Source: a virus. Taken from it: 64,000 nucleotides of DNA. A program made the translations under genes and the position numbers. Every line of letters starts with the position of its first letter. Within the stretch, counting starts at the first letter, position 1. The notes below the pieces were generated by a model, which saw only the letters and a list, made by a program, of their open reading frames with translations, ran no database searches and was not told the origin of the DNA. Positions 10,600-21,900 of the stretch are shown here, one piece after another. The stretch is taken from positions 108,316 through 172,315 of IMG/VR virus record IMGVR_UViG_3300047462_000154, one strand, 5' to 3'.

Positions 10600-11199
10600 T
10601 TAATAAAACGGGTCTGTGAAAACGTAAGTATTTCCGCGTTTCATTATATTTGATGGCGCTAGATCATCTTTCAAATCATTATTTATCATAAAAATTGCCA
10701 TTTTTTCTAACGTAGACGCCAAAGAATCAGGAACACGACTTTTATATTTTTCCAATTCTTGTAATAGAAGTTTCCTTCTATATTTTTCTGCTAAATGATT
10801 TTCTTCCATTGGTTCTAATTTATATTCTTCTATTGCAACCAAAATAGAAAATAAATTATTAATTATATAAACTTCGTCATCGTCATTTGTTATTTCTTCT
10901 AATTTTTCCATTCTTATAGCAAGAAAATCAGAATTTATTTTTACTATTTTTCCTTTGAATACTGGAAGATTTTCATTACCAGGATTTTGTTTACAAAAAT
11001 TTAAAAATTCTAAATACGCCGAGTCATTGATATTAAATAATTTTAAAACAAATTGGTCATTTGGTTTATGATAAACGATTGAATGTCCTTTTCCGCCTGC
11101 TTTTCCACCACCGATTCTTTGATAACCAGCGTTTGCTAATTTTTCATCAGCATCTTGAAAACTGATATCGCTTTCTGTAAGAATTTCAGAAAACCGCAT
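10600..11199 (-). CDS. Protein-kinase-like fold protein
   Basis: Gly-rich GGKGHSIVY, FVLK, DLAPSNIM, TDP motifs. Confidence 0.6.
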   Translation of the reverse strand: MRFSEILTESDISFQDADEKLANAGYQRIGGGKAGGKGHSIVYHKPNDQFVLKLFNINDSAYLEFLNFCKQNPGNENLPVFKGKIVKINSDFLAIRMEKLEEITNDDDEVYIINNLFSILVAIEEYKLEPMEENHLAEKYRRKLLLQELEKYKSRVPDSLASTLEKMAIFMINNDLKDDLAPSNIMKRGNTYVFTDPFY

Positions 11200-11412
11200 T
11201 TAGAATTTACCTTTTTCTTTACGACCCATAGAAATATTTTTTTGAAAACGTATATCTTTATTATTAAGGGTCCAGCATTCACCAGTTTCATTTAAAGCAA
11301 CAACAAATAGTAAATCGTATTCTATACCATAATCAATTAAAAAATGTGCATAACCATCTCCCATTTGAGTTGAAACAGGAATTGGAGGATTAAGTTGTAG
11401 ATGTGTTGTCAT
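11200..11412 (-). CDS. Conserved phage hypothetical protein
   Basis: LQLNPPIPV...IDYG.E.DL...ECW family-like ORF with RBS. Confidence 0.6.
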   Translation of the reverse strand: MTTHLQLNPPIPVSTQMGDGYAHFLIDYGIEYDLLFVVALNETGECWTLNNKDIRFQKNISMGRKEKGKF

Positions 11413-11461
11413 AAGGATATTTATTTCTCACATATTTATTTGGGAAATAAATAAATATAAG

Positions 11462-12034
11462 ATGAAATTAACAGATTTATTTGAATCAGATATTTGTGAA
11501 TCAGTTGTGAGAATTGACCACAACGATATTAATCGTTCACCTAGAGATTTTTCAAAATCTCTAAATGTATATCATCATAATAAAGATTGGACACATTCTG
11601 GCGCTATAGATAAAAAAATACCAAGTTTGTATAAAACAACTAAACTTACTAAGGGATTATTTGGTGGTAGTGCAAGAGACACAGCACCTTATGTAATTCC
11701 CAGACATATCACATGGATACAATATTTTGATTCAAATAAAAATAAATCGATCGTTGTAGTCAATAAAAAAGATGAAAACGAAATTAAGAATTCTAGACCA
11801 ATATTATCAACATGGGCAAAAAATAATAAATTTATTGATTTGCCTAGTGGAGAAAAACTTTCTTATGACCCTGGCAGACCAACATCAAGAAAAATAATAA
11901 AAAATCCATTAAAATATTTAAATGATAATGGACACGAAATTATTTTTACTGATAATCTAAAAAACTATATTAAAGATTTAAAAGCACAAGGAATCAATTT
12001 TAATATGGAAGGTGACCCTAAAGATTTTGAATAA
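11462..12034 (+). CDS. Hypothetical late protein, MKLTDLFE N-terminus
   Basis: 190-aa ORF after ATAAATA. Confidence 0.6.
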   Translation: MKLTDLFESDICESVVRIDHNDINRSPRDFSKSLNVYHHNKDWTHSGAIDKKIPSLYKTTKLTKGLFGGSARDTAPYVIPRHITWIQYFDSNKNKSIVVVNKKDENEIKNSRPILSTWAKNNKFIDLPSGEKLSYDPGRPTSRKIIKNPLKYLNDNGHEIIFTDNLKNYIKDLKAQGINFNMEGDPKDFE

Positions 12035-12097
12035 ATTATTATTTTGTATGGTTTTTATTCGATAAATAAATACAAATATAATAAAGGGTTTTATAAA

Positions 12098-12535
12098 TTG
12101 AGTGGCACTGGAATTAATAGTTATTTGAGTTTAAATAATTCATTACAAACCCAATTTGTTTTTGTTGGATTTGGTTCTGCCAATTATTATTCAACTGGCA
12201 CTTCTACATTGTATGATATTGATTTGATTAATCAGGATTTAACATATGCATTTGGGACTCGTGTTGGTGAACGAGTTATGAGACCAGATTTTGGCTGTAG
12301 AATTTGGGAATATTTTATGAATCCAATGGATGATTTTACAACTGGGCAGATTATTTCTGAAGCACAAAGAATTATTGCATTAGACACAAGGTTAGTTCAA
12401 CAAAGTATTGACATATACGAAATACAGAACGGGATTACTGTTCAATTAACGTTGTTATATCAACCATTTAACGTAATAGGCACGTTCCAAGCAACTTTCA
12501 ACGCGAACGAGAACGCATATTTTAATAGTAATTAA
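12098..12535 (+). CDS. Baseplate wedge subunit gp25-like
   Basis: TRVGERVMRPDFGCRIWEY motif; probable TTG start at 12098 after AAGGG. Confidence 0.88.
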   Translation: MSGTGINSYLSLNNSLQTQFVFVGFGSANYYSTGTSTLYDIDLINQDLTYAFGTRVGERVMRPDFGCRIWEYFMNPMDDFTTGQIISEAQRIIALDTRLVQQSIDIYEIQNGITVQLTLLYQPFNVIGTFQATFNANENAYFNSN

Positions 12536-12546
12536 GGAATAAAATT

Positions 12547-15500
12547 TTGAGTATATCGTCCCGCACGTCAGAATTATTTACTGGTGAAAATTGGCAAGTA
12601 ATATATCAAGCGTTTAGTCAAATAAATTTTAATGCATCTGATGCGCCAAGTATTAATCAAGCGTTGCAGAATTATATAATTACAAATTATCCTGAATCTT
12701 ATAATGATTTTATTGCTGATTCAGAATTTATTGCGATTATTGATTTACTTTCTTGGTTAGCTGGTAATTTAGCATTTAAAACTGATTTATCTGTTAGAGA
12801 GAATTTTTTAGAAGTTGCTCAAGCTAAAGAATCTGTATTACGTCTTGCGAGATTTTTATCTTATAATCCAAGTCGTAATATTCCATCACAAGGTGTTTTA
12901 AAACTTGTTGCTATATCAACTAATGATGATGTTTATGATAGTTCTGGTGTTGATTTAGCGAACACGACAATATTGTGGAATAATCCTGATGACAATAATT
13001 GGTATGAACGTTTTACTGCTATTTTGAATAATGCATTTGTTAATACTAATCCTTTTGGTATTCCCATTCAAAATGGTTCAATTGGTGGTATTACGACACA
13101 AACATATCGTTTTAATTCTATTGCTTCAAAAAACAATTATGGATTTTCTGCAAGTGTAAGTGGCACAAATATGAATTTTGAAATTTGTAATGGTGATTTT
13201 ACAAATGGTCAAACATTATTTGAAAGAACACCGAATCCTGCAAATGCGTTTCAGTTTTATTATTTAAATGATGGAAATGGAAATGGTTCGTCACAAACTG
13301 GATTTTTTGTTTTATTCAAACAAGGTTCTACAAATTCTACATTATTTAATATTACAAATCCTGTTCAAAACCAATTATTGAATGTTACGACTTCGAATAT
13401 TAATCAGAATGATGTTTGGGTTCAGACGGTTGATGATAGCAATAACGTTTTGATTACTTGGACGCCTGTTCCGATAATGTTGAATGAAAATATTACTTAT
13501 AATACTTTATCGACTGACCAAAGAAATATTTATTCTGTGATTACACAAGATAATGACCAAATTAATATTAGATTTTCTGATGGTAATTTTGGTAATGCTC
13601 CTGTTGGAAATTTATTGGTAACATATCGAGTAAGTAATGGGTTGGTATATACAATTAATCCCAATGATATAAGCAACATTAATTTAAATTTGACTTATAT
13701 TAATTCTGCTGGTTCTTCAAAAACATTAACTATGACATTCAGTTTGCAATCTTCTATTGCAAATTCAAGTGCTTCTGAATCTATTGCATCAATTCAACAA
13801 AATGCCCCATTGGTTTATGCAACACAGAACAGAATGGTTTCTGGTCAAGATTATAACACGTTTCCATTACAAACTAATTTGGCTGTTAAATTAAAATCAT
13901 TGAATAGAGTATATTCTGGACAATCTCGTTATATTGATTTGAATGACCCTACTGGGTTTTATCAAGATTTAAGTATTTTTGCTGATGATGGTATTATATT
14001 TTCACAAAATGCTAATGGTTATGCGGAAATACCATCATCGTTAAATTTATCTGTTACTAATTTGATTGATGATTATATTCAACCTTTGTTATCTTCACAA
14101 ACTACAATTAATGCAATTCAAAATTCTTTTATTGCAAATGTTTTGAATGGAAATATTGTTCCGCCTCCTGGAATGATTTGGAATCAATCAACGGCTTCTT
14201 TATATTCGACAACTGGATGGTTTAATTTAGCATCTTATTTGATTACTGTTGGTTCTATGATTAAATTTAGTTTTAATGGTGTAACAAAATGGGTTGGTGT
14301 TGTTTCTGTTCAAGGAGCGATTACAAATGTTCCTTTGGCTAATACTGCTGGTCCAGTTACGTTGACTACAAATGTTCCATCTACTGCTACAGTTCTTGCG
14401 ATTATGCCTGCTTATGTTTCAACCTTATCTGTTGCAAATATAACGGCTATTTCAAATAATATTTCAGCAAATATTTCATTTTCTTTGATATATGATTATA
14501 TTAATGGTTGGGTTGTTAGCACACCTATTCCAACAACATCTTTGACTGGTAATTTAATTTTAAATAATTCAAATCCAACATCACAATTATATGTCATGGA
14601 AGTAGATTATGCTTCTGTTCTTTGGAGAATCAATTCAATTGGTTTAAGTTACGTTTTTGAAAGTATAACAACAGTTGAATGGTTTAATGATGGTGTAAGT
14701 GCGATTGACCAAGCAACTGGTCAATCTGCTATTGATGATACGATTAGTATTTTAAGTATTAATCCTGATGTGAATAATACGATGGGATATGCTTTAAAAC
14801 AAGATTATATTTTTGATGTTGGTGATATTTGGACATATCAAACTGGATTACCAGAACCAAGAAGAACGTATATTAATTTGGCGGATACTACTGATTCTGG
14901 TTTTATTGATAATCCAGAATCTTACATTGATTTGATTTCAAATAATATAATCGATACATATTTGTTCTGGGAAACAAATTCACAAAATTTATTAGAACCA
15001 TCTTATTCTGTTTTGGTTTTCGAATATGGTTCTTTGTTAAGTTCTGCTGTGTCGTCAACAAATACAAATTATGCTCCTGCTGATGGCACTGAAGCTTTTG
15101 TTGTATATGGTGGCAGTCAATCAAATCCGATACCAACACAGAACAATACATTTTGGACATATTCTGCAAATACAAATGCTTGGAGTCAAGATTTTTCACA
15201 AACTTATGCTTATCAAATAGGACGTGGACCTAATATTGCTAGTTTATGGTTATATACCACAAATGATTTACCTTACATTAATAGTGGCAATGATTTTATG
15301 TCTGATGAACCACAAGGAAATCAGATTAAATTTCAATGGAAACATTATGCATCTTATGATGACAGGATTGACCCTGCAAGTCAGGCGATTGAGGATATGT
15401 TTGTTTTAACAACAGCATATGATAGCGCGATAAGATTATGGATATCAAATGGCGCAGACCCGACGAGCACTAAACCTGTGCCGCCTACTGAATTAGAATT

Positions 15501-15942
15501 AAGATTAGCATTTGCATCAATGGAAAATTATAAAATGTTTTCTGATGCTTTGGTATGGCATCCAGTATCTTATAAATTGTTATTTGGTAGTGCTGCTGAT
15601 TTAGATTTACAAATGCAATTTAAAGTAATTCCATCTCCTGGCACGACAATGAGCAATGGAGAAATTCAAAGTTCGGTAATCAACGCAATAAACACATATT
15701 TTTCAATTCAATATTGGGATTTTGGTGATACGTTTTATTGGTCTGAATTAAGTGCATATATTCATTTACAATTAGCTGGCGTAATTTCTAGTATTGTTGT
15801 TGTTCCATTATCCGCAAATAGCGCATTTGGTGATGGATTTGAAATTCCCTGTAATCCTAATGAGATTTTTATTAGCTGTGCCCAAGTTTCCAACGTTATT
15901 ATTATAGCATCAAATACTCCTACTGCACTTCGTATTAGATAA
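12547..15942 (+). CDS. Baseplate wedge subunit gp6-like
   Basis: ENFLEVAQAKESVLRLARFLSYNP, IRFSDGNFG, ESIASIQQNAP...QNRMVSGQDY. Confidence 0.85.
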   Translation: MSISSRTSELFTGENWQVIYQAFSQINFNASDAPSINQALQNYIITNYPESYNDFIADSEFIAIIDLLSWLAGNLAFKTDLSVRENFLEVAQAKESVLRLARFLSYNPSRNIPSQGVLKLVAISTNDDVYDSSGVDLANTTILWNNPDDNNWYERFTAILNNAFVNTNPFGIPIQNGSIGGITTQTYRFNSIASKNNYGFSASVSGTNMNFEICNGDFTNGQTLFERTPNPANAFQFYYLNDGNGNGSSQTGFFVLFKQGSTNSTLFNITNPVQNQLLNVTTSNINQNDVWVQTVDDSNNVLITWTPVPIMLNENITYNTLSTDQRNIYSVITQDNDQINIRFSDGNFGNAPVGNLLVTYRVSNGLVYTINPNDISNINLNLTYINSAGSSKTLTMTFSLQSSIANSSASESIASIQQNAPLVYATQNRMVSGQDYNTFPLQTNLAVKLKSLNRVYSGQSRYIDLNDPTGFYQDLSIFADDGIIFSQNANGYAEIPSSLNLSVTNLIDDYIQPLLSSQTTINAIQNSFIANVLNGNIVPPPGMIWNQSTASLYSTTGWFNLASYLITVGSMIKFSFNGVTKWVGVVSVQGAITNVPLANTAGPVTLTTNVPSTATVLAIMPAYVSTLSVANITAISNNISANISFSLIYDYINGWVVSTPIPTTSLTGNLILNNSNPTSQLYVMEVDYASVLWRINSIGLSYVFESITTVEWFNDGVSAIDQATGQSAIDDTISILSINPDVNNTMGYALKQDYIFDVGDIWTYQTGLPEPRRTYINLADTTDSGFIDNPESYIDLISNNIIDTYLFWETNSQNLLEPSYSVLVFEYGSLLSSAVSSTNTNYAPADGTEAFVVYGGSQSNPIPTQNNTFWTYSANTNAWSQDFSQTYAYQIGRGPNIASLWLYTTNDLPYINSGNDFMSDEPQGNQIKFQWKHYASYDDRIDPASQAIEDMFVLTTAYDSAIRLWISNGADPTSTKPVPPTELELRLAFASMENYKMFSDALVWHPVSYKLLFGSAADLDLQMQFKVIPSPGTTMSNGEIQSSVINAINTYFSIQYWDFGDTFYWSELSAYIHLQLAGVISSIVVVPLSANSAFGDGFEIPCNPNEIFISCAQVSNVIIIASNTPTALRIR

Positions 15943-15953
15943 AGAAAATTTAA

Positions 15954-18900
15954 ATGACAGATAAACGTAGACAAATACAACAACTTCCAGCAATCAATCA
16001 AACTCAGGCATTAAAAGATTTTTTTGGTGTAACTGTTGATGAAGTTTTTCAACCAGGAACACCTGTTGCAACAAATGGATATATTGGACAAATTCCTCCA
16101 TTATATGATAATCAATGGCAACCAAACACATATTATAATGTTAACGTTTATATTGTTTACAACAATATTCTTTATCAATGTGTAACTTCACATACCAGTG
16201 TTTCAACATTTAATCCTGTATTATGGGCAGCGGTTGATTTTTATATTCAGGAACAAAATTCTGAAAGACAAAATTATCAACTTGAGCCTGGAATGACGAG
16301 CACTAATTCTTCAAATGTAATTACAAATGCTTTGACATATCCAGATTTGGTTGATTATATAGAAAATAATAACGGTATTATAACAAATCAACAAAGATTA
16401 TTTGAAACAGATTATTATTCTTGGGCACCACCAATTGATATTGATAAATTTATCAATTTTCAACAATATTATTGGTTTGGTGATTTAAACGGAAGTAATG
16501 ATTTGCCTACTTTGGTTTTGTCTTCTCCTATTTTTTCTTATACTGGTGATGGCACAACAACATCATTTGCTTTACCTAATAGCATTTCTGGAATTTCTTC
16601 AAATCAAGAAACTCCTGCAATTTATGTCAATGGTGTTTCTGAACAATACACAATAAGTGGAAATAATATTATTTTAAGTGCTGCTCCTTCTGTTGGAGCT
16701 AAAATTATTACAACACGTTTCGATAATTTATATGATGCCATCAATAATCAAGAAACTTTTCCAATTTCTGAATTTATTAGTAACATAACTGCATATAATG
16801 CAGATGGCTTCACTACGTCATTTGCTGATGTATATTCTACATCTTCGAATGAAAATCAATTTTTGGTTTTTTATACACCAAATGGAAGTATAACATCTAC
16901 CTTATTAAATTCAAACAATTACAATTTAGAAAATGGTTTTGTTAATATTATTTCTTTACCAAATTCATTAACTGTTCCAAATTATGGTGATACAATATCG
17001 ATTGTTTTATTAAATGGTTTATTAAGTTTAACTGACATAAGTTCTATTCCTTCAGGTATATCTTATACTGATTTGCAATATCTTTCTTCTGGTATGCGAA
17101 TTCAATTACTAGATACGCAAACATATTTTTTAACTTGGGATGAATCTCCTTGGGATTCTGGTTTATGGGATGGTGGTCAACCATTATATTTTGTTGATGG
17201 TGTTGGTTCTTCAATACGTTTAACTTCTAGTAATTCTTTAATTACTGGTTTAAATGCACAATATGTTACAATTGACCGTTCATCGTTAGATAATAATCCG
17301 TGGTCATTAAGAAATTCTTGGGTTCATGTTGATACTTTTGCTTGGTCTGGTTTAAATTTTTCATCAAGACAAGCATCGCGCCAAATCATAGAATTTGTGA
17401 AAGATATTGTATTATATAATTATGGATATCAAAGAATTTTACCTATATCAGCAACATTGACAAACAATGCTATGGTAAATGGTGTTGCTATAACATATTC
17501 CCAAATTGCTTTTGAAACGATTGGTTCTGTTTATGTTGATAATAATGTTTTATTAACCAATGGAATGAGATTACTTGTTTTGGGAACAACACAAACATTA
17601 TTTGAAGTTTCTGAACAAGACAATTTATATTTACTTACTCCTATTTCTGTTACTGTTGGTGATATTGCAAAAATTGGAACAAGTACATCTGAATATTGGT
17701 ATAATGGCACAGTTTGGAATTTGGCTCAAATTTGGAGTGAAAGCGCAAATCCTAGATTTGTTCTTTATGATATAGAAACAACACCAACTGCATTTGATGA
17801 TAGCACAGTATATCCTAATAGTAATTTTGGTGCATCTAATGGTAATGAAATTTTTAGTTATCAAGTTGGCACAACATATGATTCAATTTTAGCAAAATAT
17901 ATTAATTATGATTCCAATGGTTATATTATTTTTGAAAACGATACAGTTATTAATATATATACTTATCTATTAAATGGGGTTGTAACTGATATAACCAGTC
18001 TTGCTTGTTATGGGGTTTCTACAAATTATTCAATAACTAATTCATTATCTACACAAGCATTGTGGTATAAATCTACAAATCCTTCAACTACACAACAAAC
18101 AACAAATTCTAATGGATTTTATAATATACCTTTGAATTTAGAAGCAAATCCTTTATGGAATGATGTGACTACACTTTCAAAAAGTGAATATTTTTCTCAT
18201 TTTACTTCAATAATTTCAAATCAAATTGGTATTGAAGGTGCCCCATATTATAACAATAATTGGAGAGACACTACCAAAAATTTAGGTTCTGGAACAGAAA
18301 TATTACAACATCAAGCGCCATTATTGAAAGCGATGTTATTTGCTTCAGATAATAGGTTTGATATACCAACAGCGATAAAATATGCGGACCAAGAATACAC
18401 AAGGTTCAAGAACAAATTTGCAAAAAAATTAAATGATTTATTAATTAAAGGTGTATTATCTGAAGATACTTCTCCACAAACTTGTGTTACAACTGCTTTA
18501 AATTCATTAAAAATTGACAAGAATAATACATTTCCGTTTTGGTTAAGCCAAATGGCTGGAGATTTTTATTTTATACCACCAACACCAGCCTATTTGGGTA
18601 TTTTGACGCCAACATTACCATCAACTTCATTGGTTATGGATTATACTTTTGGTGAACCGATTGAAATGATACAAGGTCATGATGGTTCGTTATCTCCTGC
18701 TTTTCAGGATTGGAGAGATAATGTTTTTATTGCTTTAGAAACACAAATTTATAATAGCATTCCAGAACAATTTATTACTCAATTGAGACCAATTTTTGAT
18801 ATAGAAAATTATATATCAAATAGATTTTATTCAGCAAATAATGGATATAATTTAGGAGAATTAAATTCAATTTTAGCACCTATTTTTGAAAGATGGGCAC

Positions 18901-21900
18901 AAATTGGAAAATTTGATTTTAGAACTAACGGAACATATGACCCAACAAATCCATTTAGTTGGAATTATCGCGGATGTGTAGATAGATATGGTAATTTAAT
19001 GCCTGGGTCTTGGCGAGCAATTTATAATTTTTATTTTGATACAGATAAACCAGATACATGTCCTTGGGAAATGCTTGGTTTCACTTCAATGCCTTCTTGG
19101 TGGATTGCTAATTATGGAACAAATTATAGCCGTGGCAATACAGCCCTTTGGAGCGATTTAGAGACGGGTACAATACGTTCTGGTGTTCGTGCAGGGGTTG
19201 ATGCAAGATATGCCCGTCCAGGGCTTTCTAACGTCATTCCTGTTGATGCTTCTGGTAATTTGCTAGACCCGATATCAGCAAGAATTATTTTACAAGGTCC
19301 AGATTCGATAACTGCTGCCAGAAATTGGTTGTTTGGTGATGAAGGACCAGTTGAGCATTTATGGAAAACGAGTAGTTCATATAGATTTGCTTTATCACAA
19401 GCGGCATTTTTGATGAAGCCTGCTAGATTTTCAGAAATATTTTGGGACACCATAAATTTTCAATTTGTTAATGACCAATGGGTTGATGATCGTACAAGAC
19501 AGCGCCCAATCATTACTTCTGATACTTTAATTCATGGTGAATTAAAAAATGATGAAACAACTTACGAAATTGTTTTTGGTATTCAGCAATGGTTGGTTGA
19601 TAATCTTGTGTTTACTGGTCAAAAGGCGTCTGTTTTAGGTGATACAATACGTGGAATTGATGTAAATTTAATTTATAGAGTTGGTGGTTTTGTTTCATCT
19701 AATGGAATTACTGCACAAACGGATAATTTTGGAATAATTCCAAGCGAAAATGTTTCTGTAACATTATATCAAGCGCCTGCTTATATTATTCAAACCTATA
19801 GCGGTGTAATTGTTGAATGGACTGGTGCTGGATATAGAATCATTGGGTATGATGCAAAAAATCCATTTTTTACTATTGTACCACCAGACAAAAATAATGT
19901 GAGCGGGTCAATTTCTTTATCAACAACTCCACAAGTTACAATTTATACTTGGGCACCTGGAACATATTATCGTTTAAATGTTTATGTAAATTATAAAAAT
20001 TCGGTTTATCAATGTATAACCGCACATACAAGTGGTTCAACATTTAATGAAAGTTATTGGAATCCTACTCCTGGTGTTACGAATACTATTGCTCCTTCAA
20101 TAACAACATATACAAATGGATTAAATTATACCGTAAATATTTCTTATGGAACAGTATTAAGCACTATACAAGATGTTGGTGATTTTTTACTTTCTTATGA
20201 AAGATATTTGGTAAATCAAGGATGGGTGTTTGACCAACTAGATTCTTCCACAGCAACAACATTTAATTTTTCACATGCAGCAAAAGATTTTTTAACTTGG
20301 TCTCAAATTACATGGCAACCAGGAAATTTTATTGCTTTGTCGCCTGGAGCAACTGGATTAAAATTTGTAACTACAGAAGGCACTATTTTAAATGTAGAAG
20401 ATTCTGTAACTGGATTTTATGGTTTATTAGATAGAGGCGGTTCGCCAATTGATAGTAGAACGGTTGTTGCAAATCGTTTGGAAGGTGAAATATTATTAAG
20501 TTCTAACACATCTGATATTTTTGCATGTACAATTGAAGTTGCCAATATAGAACATGTTATTGTGTTTTCAAATACAACAATTTTCAATGATATAATTTAT
20601 TTGCCTTTATATAATCAAAGACAATCAAGAATATTATTGACTGGTTTTAAATCAAGTGATTGGGCTGGAAGATTAGATGCTCCTGGATATATGGTTTTGA
20701 ATAATCAAATGTTTTCAAATTTTGAAAAAACACCAGAAGATATTCGATTGATGTTTGATATTGAAGAAATTTCAAGACCAGATTTAAAAAAATATGCGCA
20801 ATCTAATATTGCTTATCAAGTAAGAACATATTTAGAAGATTTGTTGATTAATTCAACAGAACAATTTGAATTTTATCAAGGAATGATTGCACAAAAAGGT
20901 GCACCAGGAGTTTTTGAAAAACTTTTAAGAAGTCAAAGAGTTACTTCAAATTCAGATATTGTTTTTCTTGAAGAATGGGCAATTAGATATCCAACAACAT
21001 TTGGTTCTCCAGTAAATCCCTTGGCATCATTTCAATTATCACAATCGTCTTTACATAGAGACCCGCAATTTATTAGTTTTTATATTCCTAATATTAATTC
21101 TCCTGATTGGATTAATTTAATTGGTCCAACAGAAAAAGTTTTTACTTGGAAAGAAAACACACAATATTATACAGGAGTTTATGTTTATTATCAAAACAAT
21201 GTTTATGTTTGTGTTACCAAACATTTAAGTACAAATGTATTTCAGACAATTTATTGGAATGAATTAAACAATTGGATAGATGAGCCAAATAATAATTTCT
21301 TTCCAAATGCAGTAAATCCTGTTTCAAAAGTTTCAACTGCTGGATTTGTTAGATTATCAGAAGTTCAATATACTTCAGTAGGTCTTTCAAATATTTCTTC
21401 ATATTATATTTCTCAAAATCAAAATGGCATTACTTCATTTAATACTGGAGAAAGAGTTTGGGTTTATACCAATGCACAAAATACTTGGGATGTTTTGCGT
21501 GTTTTTGATGTAGGTTTAACTCCCTGCACAATCAATAATATTACTACACCAATACAAGATTCAACGGTATCAACATCAAGATTATATATTACTGGAACAT
21601 TGAATTTGACCCAAGCTGATATTGGGGCAATGATTTTAATTCAAGGACCAACTTACAGCACGCCAGATTTGAATGGTGTTAATTACATCAAATCATTTTC
21701 TATAGAAAATGGAACAATTGATTTAAATACTGTTGTTACTACTGGTTTTAATTTTACAACAAACTCTACAATACAGCCAGCAATAAAAATATTCCGTTCT
21801 GTTCGTTTTCAAACAGATGCAATTTTAAATTCTTCAACAAATGTATGGTCTAATACTGATTTGGTTTGGGTTGATAATTATCAATCAACTGGCGAACCTG